From the IMG/VR virus record IMGVR_UViG_3300035002_000028, positions 1-39,806 of that record: a stretch of 39,806 nt of DNA. One strand, written 5' to 3'. The position numbers were made by a program, and so were the translations under genes. Under the pieces are notes generated by a model. It was not told where the DNA came from and ran no database searches. It was given only the letters and a program-made list of their open reading frames with translations. Source of the stretch: a virus (Duplodnaviria; Caudoviricetes). Of the stretch, positions 8,354 through 14,861 are shown in pieces (the stretch's first letter is position 1; every line of letters starts with the position of its first letter).

Positions 8354-8788
8354 TCAGGCTCGGTCGTCGACGTAGACGGTGTAGGAGCCGTCGGCCTCAG
8401 TCGTCACTGCGACGATCTTTTCGATCGGACAGGTGGCCGTGTCGAGCTTCGCCTTGAGGTCGGCATTCGCTTTGATCGCTGTCTTGAGTTCGATCACCAG
8501 CGTGGCGCTCTTGGTCAACGCGTTGTCCAGAGCGGCGGCGTCACCTGAAGCATCGCCTTTCAGCGTCGAAACGCTCACGCAGTTGACCGTTGAGGCGGAA
8601 GTGAAGGTCTTGACGTCAGCCATCTTGCCAGCGTTGAGGCTGGAAATGAGCGATCCGTAGTTGCCCACGCTGCTAGTCGCCTTAGCCTCTGTCGCGGGAG
8701 CGGTCACGGTCGTGCTCGCATCCTGCGCCAAGGCCGCCAAGGGACTGCTGGTCAGAGCGAGCGCGATGGCAATACCGGCTAGTTTCAT
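8354..8788 (-). CDS. Secreted/periplasmic hypothetical protein
   Basis: AAGGAGAAG RBS; Sec signal MKLAGIAIALALTSSPLAALA/Q; Ala/Thr-rich with two Cys. Confidence 0.8.
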   Translation of the reverse strand: MKLAGIAIALALTSSPLAALAQDASTTVTAPATEAKATSSVGNYGSLISSLNAGKMADVKTFTSASTVNCVSVSTLKGDASGDAAALDNALTKSATLVIELKTAIKANADLKAKLDTATCPIEKIVAVTTEADGSYTVYVDDRA

Positions 8789-8824
8789 TGCAGTCTTCTC
8801 CTTTCTGCTGCCCTCGCCCCCGGA

Positions 8825-8849
8825 AACTCCCTTCGTCAAACTGGGTTCC
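8825..8849 (-). promoter_or_regulatory. Putative EcfG/RpoE2 promoter
   Basis: GGAAC-N18-TT upstream of the secreted-protein gene. Confidence 0.55.
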
Positions 8850-8911
8850 CCGAGAAAGCTGCGGTGCCAATTACTTGAGCATCTAAAGAGAGTTAGCGAC
8901 GGAACCAAGAC

Positions 8912-8936
8912 GGAACCAAAGTGGGCAAAGGCAGTT
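8912..8936 (+). promoter_or_regulatory. Putative divergent EcfG/RpoE2 promoter
   Basis: GGAAC-N18-TT. The -35 element lies in a tandem GACGGAACCAA x2 repeat (8898..8919). Confidence 0.45.
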
Positions 8937-9272
8937 TGAAGGAAGCTCCAGGGGTTTGCCCAGACACCAAACACCCGGGACGTTTCCTCGGACCCCGGTG
9001 CCCCTCCGCCGGGGTCCATTGATTTCAGGATGATTGTCGGCACAATTAAAGGCAGAGCAAGCTATCAATCTGCTGGCTCGTCTGCGTCCACACAACATGA
9101 CGGCACCGGCGGCACCCCGGGCCCCCCTTTGGTGCCGCCGTCTTCTTTGCCAGAGTGGCCTCCGGAACATTCCCCATCCTTACCCCGTAGTCGCGCGGGA
9201 AGGATACGATCCATAGGTGCCGGACCCGCGGAACACCGTGCGACCTGCGGAAGCGCGGGCTAGGAGTAACTG

Positions 9273-10055
9273 ATGTCTCGCTACATGGTAACTGGGGCAA
9301 CGGGTGGGATGGGTGTTCCTCTCTGCCGACGCTTGGCTAAAGCAGGGCATAGTCTGGTCCTCGCCGGTCGAAACCTCGATCGGATGAATAGACTCCTTGC
9401 AGATATCGGAGCGGCTGACCCCGGCCGTTTTCAAGCACTCGAACTCGACATGACGAGCCGGGCTTCCGTCTCAAATTTCGACGTCTTACTACGGGGGTTG
9501 GGTCACACCATCGACGGTGCGGTAATCATGCCGCCACAGCCAGCGCGCACGAATGAGCCGCTGCCCGAGCCTGAGGCCTGGGATTCCCTTTTCAATGGGA
9601 GCTTTATCGGTCCATTGAGCGTACTTAAGTCTGCGATCTCCATCATGGATCCGAACCCTGCCGAAGGTCGCCGCGCCAAGGTGGTGATCGTATCGGGAAT
9701 ATCGTCCGCTCAAGTGCTCGGTCACTATGCCACCGGCAACGTCTTGCGTACGGCGTGGCTTGCCGAGGCTAAGACCCTGGCGTTTGCTCTGGGGCCACGT
9801 GGCATCCACGTCAACACGGTCTCTTTTGGTGGGACGCTCACGCCGCATTATCTTGCCCTTCTGCAAGCACGAGCAGACGCCGGTGGCAGTTCGTTGGACG
9901 ACTTGCTGGAGAAGGACACCGAGAACGTACCGCTCCGGAAGTATGGGACCCCCGAAGAAGCGGCTCGAGCTATCGAGATGCTCTTGTCCGAGGTGTCCGA
10001 CCACATGACAGGCATAAATCTGCTGCACGATGGCGGGTTCACAAGAGCATACTAA
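9273..10055 (+). CDS. Short-chain dehydrogenase/reductase (atypical, YxxxN)
   Basis: TGATGGMG Rossmann motif, GIHVNTV, PLRKYGTPEE and MTG....DGG. The active-site segment YATGNVLR lacks the canonical Lys. AGGAG RBS. Confidence 0.92.
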   Translation: MSRYMVTGATGGMGVPLCRRLAKAGHSLVLAGRNLDRMNRLLADIGAADPGRFQALELDMTSRASVSNFDVLLRGLGHTIDGAVIMPPQPARTNEPLPEPEAWDSLFNGSFIGPLSVLKSAISIMDPNPAEGRRAKVVIVSGISSAQVLGHYATGNVLRTAWLAEAKTLAFALGPRGIHVNTVSFGGTLTPHYLALLQARADAGGSSLDDLLEKDTENVPLRKYGTPEEAARAIEMLLSEVSDHMTGINLLHDGGFTRAY

Positions 10056-10092
10056 GGCACTTCCGCTTTTTCCGGTTCGGCCACACAAACGA

Positions 10093-10125
10093 GCCCCGGT
10101 CCTTTCGGAGCCGGGGCCAGTGCCC
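10093..10125 (-). repeat. 33-bp direct repeat copy 1 / terminator hairpin
   Basis: GCCCCGGTCCTTTCGGAGCCGGGGCCAGTGCCC, identical to 10854..10886. Confidence 0.9.
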
Positions 10126-10140
10126 AGTCTGGCGCACACC

Positions 10141-10731
10141 CTAGGTGTCGCGCGCCAGCCAGCGGGCACCACGTTCATACAGTGCCTCGAGTTCTGGACC
10201 GTCAATACCAGGCATGTCAGGTTTGACTTTGTACCCTATCTTGGTCTGCAGGTAGGCAAGGTGCCGATATCCCTCAGGGAATGAACCTAGCAGGTCAGCG
10301 TCCATTCGCAGAACAGCGGACGGATCGACCGGATCGACGCGATCCTTCTCATAAATGGGCTGGCGAAGGACAAGGCCCCACCGACCGTCTCGGTAGTCCC
10401 AGAAGTCGAAGAAGCGGCCAGTGCAAACCACATCGCAGACAACGCCGTCCACGGGGGCTCGCTGTGAGATGGTCATCTTGGTCTGGCTTATTGCGCGGTG
10501 TTCGCGCAGCTCGACCGATGAACCACCAAGCATGTGCAGTATGCGGACGCCTCGGGCGAAGCCTTCATCGTTCATTTTGATGAAGTCCTCAAACGAGCCC
10601 TGAAACCACGTTGCCATCATGCGCCCATCGGAATGCCAGACTTTCCTAAATTGCGGCCACAGCCGGGCATCTCGATAGACAACCCAGTCCTCAATCAACT
10701 GGCGAATAACTGAGACCGCATCTCGCTCCAT
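10141..10731 (-). CDS. SnoaL-like / NTF2-fold protein
   Basis: IRQLIEDW..YRD...W, H.DG, HMLGG, GRFFD....RDGRW pattern; GGAGG RBS. Confidence 0.88.
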   Translation of the reverse strand: MERDAVSVIRQLIEDWVVYRDARLWPQFRKVWHSDGRMMATWFQGSFEDFIKMNDEGFARGVRILHMLGGSSVELREHRAISQTKMTISQRAPVDGVVCDVVCTGRFFDFWDYRDGRWGLVLRQPIYEKDRVDPVDPSAVLRMDADLLGSFPEGYRHLAYLQTKIGYKVKPDMPGIDGPELEALYERGARWLARDT

Positions 10732-10853
10732 TGCGCTGACCTCCCCAAAGAATGAGCAGTGATGTGCAATCTAGTTCTGGATTTGGGGCGAAGTCTATAC
10801 GTGGGGCTGGCGGCATTCGTCTACTGCTGGTCGGCGGCTTCGAAAAGCAAAAG

Positions 10854-10886
10854 GCCCCGGTCCTTTCGGAGCCGGGGCCAGTGCCC
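10854..10886 (-). repeat. 33-bp direct repeat copy 2 / intrinsic terminator of the two-gene operon
   Basis: Same 33-mer, followed on the minus strand by CTTTTGCTTTT. Confidence 0.9.
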
Positions 10887-10929
10887 TGCGGAGCTCTGGG
10901 CCGCTGGGCAACAAAGGAACGGATGCGCC

Positions 10930-11403
10930 TCACCCAGGAATTCGGACCGTGTCCTTTGTCCGAATTAGGATCCCAAAGAGGTAGGCCACCCTGGCGAACG
11001 CGAGAAAAGCCCAGATCGACAGTGCCGACCATCCGACAAATATCGCGTAGTTTGGTGCGGTTCCATCCAAGCCGAACTGGAACACCATCATCGGAATGGA
11101 CGACAAGGTCACCGCGAAGCCCAAGAATGTAGCCGATTTCATGAAGCCGACGAACAACCTCATCTCCGACGTGTTCTTCAGTGCCGCAACAAATCCGTCA
11201 TTCTTGCCTGCCACATACCCGTAGATGCCGAAAAGGAAACCGGTTTGGATTGCTGACCAGTCAAGAACGGCACCGTACAAGGCCGACAAACTGATGATGT
11301 TTTGCTGATAGGCCGAGGTGACCGCCCCCATCTGCCACACCAGCAGCCCTGCGGCGAAGGCCGCCAGAATAAGAGGGCCAAAGCGTTCAATCAGCGCCAT
11401 CAT
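10930..11403 (-). CDS. Four-TM membrane protein (RexB-like candidate effector)
   Basis: 157 aa with four hydrophobic segments. ATGA overlap with the upstream gene. Confidence 0.8.
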   Translation of the reverse strand: MMALIERFGPLILAAFAAGLLVWQMGAVTSAYQQNIISLSALYGAVLDWSAIQTGFLFGIYGYVAGKNDGFVAALKNTSEMRLFVGFMKSATFLGFAVTLSSIPMMVFQFGLDGTAPNYAIFVGWSALSIWAFLAFARVAYLFGILIRTKDTVRIPG

Positions 11404-12239
11404 CCCACCAGTTTCTTCATTTCCTTGGATAGGTAGTCGCGCTTAATCTTCCAGTTGGTCTCCGGGTCACGAGCGTGAATTTCCAGGAGATCCTTAGCGA
11501 CAAGCCGGTCCTCGATCAGGTCGATTTCCTCAGTCTCGTCGCCCGTTACGGTTACAGCTGTGAGCTTGTCGAGACGTGCGCCCCCGCCAAGACCGGCAAC
11601 GAGCTTTTCCGCAAGTCCGCCCACGGACTTGAGGAAACCCTTGTGATGGCCCATCGATATTTCGACGGTTATTGCCGGCGCGCCATATGCCTCGCCCATA
11701 GCCCGGATGCCCTCGCTCGCGGCTGCACCGCTGCCGCTCAGCTGCGCCATGTTTTCCGGATTGGCGATCCTGATAGACAGTTTTCTCGTGTCACCGGCTA
11801 CGAATTTTTTCCAAGCGTCGGGTCGAATTCTCGGCGCCATGGAGTAAATCGCCTTGGGATTGAAAGACATGATGTAGTCGAGGATGCGACCGGGTGAAAC
11901 GACACGGCTGTCATACTGGATGCCAAATGCGCCAGTCTTGTGATTCAGCCGGAAGACAACGCTGTAGCCCAGGCGTTCGGCGGTCAGCGTCTTTCGGGCG
12001 CCTTTGGTGATTTCGGCTGGCAGATTGGTGTCTTGGCATCGGATGAGTTCGCCGACAACTGCGTCGGCGCCATCGTCCTCGAAATTCTCTAGCCTGACCA
12101 CGTAGTCGACGGCGAGCTGCTTTTCCCGCTTAGTTTTATCCGGCTCGCCTGCAATCTGTCGAAGCATGTCGACCATTGCTGGTATCTTGTCGTCGTCTCT
12201 TGAGATGTCGAAAAAACGGAAAGTGAAGGTTCGTTCCAA
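11400..12239 (-). CDS. DUF6731/DUF4747-like soluble protein (RexA-like candidate sensor)
   Basis: 279 aa with F.FF at the N-terminus, LG....F......IQY, P....AW, I.IANP, IS.G and IDLIEDRL patterns. TTG start after GGGGGG. Family call is by recognition only. Confidence 0.65.
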   Translation of the reverse strand: MERTFTFRFFDISRDDDKIPAMVDMLRQIAGEPDKTKREKQLAVDYVVRLENFEDDGADAVVGELIRCQDTNLPAEITKGARKTLTAERLGYSVVFRLNHKTGAFGIQYDSRVVSPGRILDYIMSFNPKAIYSMAPRIRPDAWKKFVAGDTRKLSIRIANPENMAQLSGSGAAASEGIRAMGEAYGAPAITVEISMGHHKGFLKSVGGLAEKLVAGLGGGARLDKLTAVTVTGDETEEIDLIEDRLVAKDLLEIHARDPETNWKIKRDYLSKEMKKLVG

Positions 12240-12266
12240 GGTGCCCCCCAGCGATGGAAGGAACCA

Positions 12267-12295
12267 ACATAGAAGATGAAATTAAGCCCTGTCGA
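12267..12295 (-). promoter_or_regulatory. Putative sigma70 promoter of the two-gene moron
   Basis: TCGACA-N17-CTATGT in an AT-rich intergenic gap. Confidence 0.45.
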
Positions 12296-12358
12296 TTCCG
12301 ATGTTAAGGCGGCTCACTCATTGCTTGCGTTGCTTAAGCTCGCGGTTGCCGCCTAACT

Positions 12359-12685
12359 TCACGTGCGCGCTTCCATCAACCGGTCGATCTGCGCCTCTAC
12401 GCGCTGCTCGACGCGACCGAGCTCGGTGATGATGTCCCGTTTCAGCTCCGACACCCCGGCTTGGGTGACGTAATCCCGCGCCACCTGCAGTTGGTATTCG
12501 TGGAACTGCTCCTTGTGGAGCGTGACCAAGGCCTGCAAGGCGCCCACGGAGGTGTTCAGCCCCTTCACGTCCTCGGCGGTGCCGCTGACGCGCCCCTCGA
12601 GGCGCGCAAGCCAGATGATGAAGCCAATGATCGCCAGCCCGAGGGTGACGACCGTCGGCAGGTTGATGGTGGTGTCGACGGTCAC
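12359..12685 (-). CDS. Lysis-cassette membrane protein (1 TM + coiled coil)
   Basis: N-terminal TM (VVTLGLAIIGFIIWL) followed by a heptad-like helix. GTGA overlap with the upstream gene. Confidence 0.7.
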   Translation of the reverse strand: MTVDTTINLPTVVTLGLAIIGFIIWLARLEGRVSGTAEDVKGLNTSVGALQALVTLHKEQFHEYQLQVARDYVTQAGVSELKRDIITELGRVEQRVEAQIDRLMEART

Positions 12686-13059
12686 GAGCGGCGCCCCAGC
12701 TTTTCGGCGAGCAGTTCGACCAGCGTCCTGCTGCGCTTCTGGATGGCAGTGCGGGCGATCTCTTCAACGGCGGTCTTCTGCGGGATCTCCTGCATCGCCA
12801 CCTGCTGACCGTCGACCACGACCTGGTTGCGCTTGGTGGAAATGAAGGACCAGAGGTAGCCGCCGATCGCCATCACCAGCGGGACCAGGGACCCGAGGGT
12901 GATCGTTTCCCACTTTGCGGTCAGGAACAGGATCACGGTGTTCTGGAGCTCGGGCGGCAGCTCGCTCCAGGCCTTGAGCGCGACGCCGATCAGCCCGCCA
13001 AGCTCGAGAAATCTGCGCAGCCACCACTTGGCGACGACGGACGACAAGAACGCGGTCAT
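12682..13059 (-). CDS. Holin-like membrane protein
   Basis: Hydrophobic segments plus a charged C-tail, immediately after the endolysin. Confidence 0.6.
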   Translation of the reverse strand: MTAFLSSVVAKWWLRRFLELGGLIGVALKAWSELPPELQNTVILFLTAKWETITLGSLVPLVMAIGGYLWSFISTKRNQVVVDGQQVAMQEIPQKTAVEEIARTAIQKRSRTLVELLAEKLGRRS

Positions 13060-13070
13060 TTTCGGATTCC

Positions 13071-13811
13071 TCAGAACGGGAGCGGGAGGGTGAATGCGGC
13101 TGCGACGAGCCCGCCGGCGACGACCAGGCCGGCGATAGCCCAGCCAAGGCAGCCCCAGTCCTTGCCGGTGCGCGGCTGGGGTGCAGGCGCTGCAGGTGGT
13201 GCAGGTGATGCTGGCATCGGGGGCACCGGGGTCGCTGCGGCCGGCGAGCGCGTCAGCTCGTTCAGCACCTCGGCAAGCACGGCTTCGGCCTCCGATGCCT
13301 TCGCGAGCGAGGCGTTGAACCCGTCACCGGCATAGTAGCTCTCGCCGCGCCTCACCACGCGGTGCGCGCCGGTCATGTCGCTCAGCACCGGGAAGCTGGC
13401 CCACTCCTTGGCAAGGTTGTTGCCGAAGGCGCGGAGGGGCAGCTTGGTGGCGGCGAACTGTTCCCAGCCGCGGCGCTTGAGGAGGGCGAAGCCGAACCGG
13501 TCCTGAAGGTCGGGAGCGAACTTCGCCGAGAGCGGAACGCCCAGCTCGGTGACCAGGCTCAACAGCGTCGGCCGGATGATTTGGTACCGGCCAGCGGCGC
13601 CGCTTGGGGCCTTCAGGTTCTTCACCCAGCGCTTCTGCTCGGCCAGCAGCTCCTCGAGCGTCATCTCGGTGATCGGCTTCGGCAGCGTGCCGGGCTTCTC
13701 GTTGCGGAAGCCGATGATGGTCTCGTAGGCCGCCTGGCCGGTGCGGTTCGTTTCGAGCTTGGCGATGAAGTCGAGCAGGATCGCCGCGCCGCGGGGCACG
13801 TTGGGGTTCAT
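13071..13811 (-). CDS. Endolysin, lambda-R-like lysozyme/transglycosylase with C-terminal hydrophobic anchor
   Basis: LLDFIA..E, SGAAGRYQII, F.P..QD and LAKEWASFP motifs; Pro/Ala linker then a TM-like tail; GGAGA RBS before ATG 13811. Confidence 0.88.
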   Translation of the reverse strand: MNPNVPRGAAILLDFIAKLETNRTGQAAYETIIGFRNEKPGTLPKPITEMTLEELLAEQKRWVKNLKAPSGAAGRYQIIRPTLLSLVTELGVPLSAKFAPDLQDRFGFALLKRRGWEQFAATKLPLRAFGNNLAKEWASFPVLSDMTGAHRVVRRGESYYAGDGFNASLAKASEAEAVLAEVLNELTRSPAAATPVPPMPASPAPPAAPAPQPRTGKDWGCLGWAIAGLVVAGGLVAAAFTLPLPF

Positions 13812-13886
13812 GGGGAAGTCTCCGGTCTTCACGAGGGGAAGGAAGATGCGATAGGAGTGTGCGCTTGATCGGAAATCTGGTGCCGA

Positions 13887-14861
13887 ATGAATGTCTTGTT
13901 AGCGAACGACACCGCCACCGTTGCGCACGTGGGTTGTCAGGGCGTGTCGGATGGACATGCGCGGATGCTGGGTCGCGCCGGCCATCACGTTAAGCATCGC
14001 CTGTTTCTGGGTAGCCTTGATCATCACGTCGGTGAGACTGATGACGAACTGATCCAAAGCCTGCTCTCCGACGACCACCTGGTGGCACAGATCGATGAAG
14101 TCGACGCTGTGGTGGTCAATGGGGAAGGCACAATCCATCACGGCGCGGGACGGCCACTGCTAGCTTTGCTTGCCGTTGCGCAGGCTAGAGGGAAGCCGAC
14201 GCTCCTCGTGAATGCGGTGTTTCAGGAGACAGCCGGTTTTGACGACACGCTGCAGAGGCTCGACGACTTCACTACTCGCGAGTCGAGATCTTGCCAGCAT
14301 GCTCTTGCGCGGGGATTCCGTGCGAGGGTCGTGCCGGACTCAATCTTGAGTGCTCGGTTCGAACCCGCGAACGTAAGGCTCCGCGGCGAACTTTATACCG
14401 ACGCGCACTGGCAGCGCTCCGAGGTGACGTCTGCTTTGCAGAACTACGCAGGCAGGCATCTGGCTACGCCGCTGCCCCTTCATTATCCGGGCGCACTTCA
14501 AGATTGGTCGACCATGGTCTCGAAGGTCTCGGAAGCCGACCTGATCGTCACAGGTAGGCATCACGGCATCTACCTTGCTATCCTCGCCGGCCTGCCGTTC
14601 GTCGCTATGGGAAGCAACACCTTCAAAGTTGAAGGCGTTCTCGAAGACATCGATATGCGGCTGGCCTTTGCGCACGATGTTGCAGGGATTGTCCGTGCCA
14701 GAGCCTGGGCCCTTGAGCGGCGAGATGCTTTCAGATCCCTCCTGGATCGCCTGACTGGAGGAGCGGCCCTTTCGACATTCGCGGCTCTGGGGACGGACGG
14801 GGATGATCGAGAGCGGCAAGAGGTCGAGAAGCTAAGAGCCGATCTGGCTGTCGCCAGCTAG
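13887..14861 (+). CDS. Polysaccharide pyruvyl transferase family protein (moron)
   Basis: LANDT...HVGC, VVVNGEGTIHH, TRE..S, VPD and IVTGRHHG...A...G.PF...SNTFK motifs. Antisense to the phage operon. Confidence 0.8.
   Translation: MNVLLANDTATVAHVGCQGVSDGHARMLGRAGHHVKHRLFLGSLDHHVGETDDELIQSLLSDDHLVAQIDEVDAVVVNGEGTIHHGAGRPLLALLAVAQARGKPTLLVNAVFQETAGFDDTLQRLDDFTTRESRSCQHALARGFRARVVPDSILSARFEPANVRLRGELYTDAHWQRSEVTSALQNYAGRHLATPLPLHYPGALQDWSTMVSKVSEADLIVTGRHHGIYLAILAGLPFVAMGSNTFKVEGVLEDIDMRLAFAHDVAGIVRARAWALERRDAFRSLLDRLTGGAALSTFAALGTDGDDRERQEVEKLRADLAVAS

Noticed and set aside
8789-9043. N-terminal extension of the secreted protein ORF
   Set aside because: The signal peptide and strong RBS start at 8788. 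The extension covers promoter motifs.
10093-10886. Repeat pair as a CRISPR array or integron attC sites
   Set aside because: Only two copies 761 bp apart, no cas genes or IntI-type integrase, and the repeat has terminator form.
11400-12239. Identical length (279 aa) to lambda RexA as evidence of homology
   Set aside because: Length coincidence is not evidence. The RexAB-like call rests on operon architecture and family resemblance and needs a structural search.
12261-12275. GAAC-N7-GAAG, near match to the alphaproteobacterial LexA box over the -10 of the RexAB-like promoter
   Set aside because: One mismatch in an 8-nt motif and a single copy; chance occurrence is likely. Not called without conservation data.
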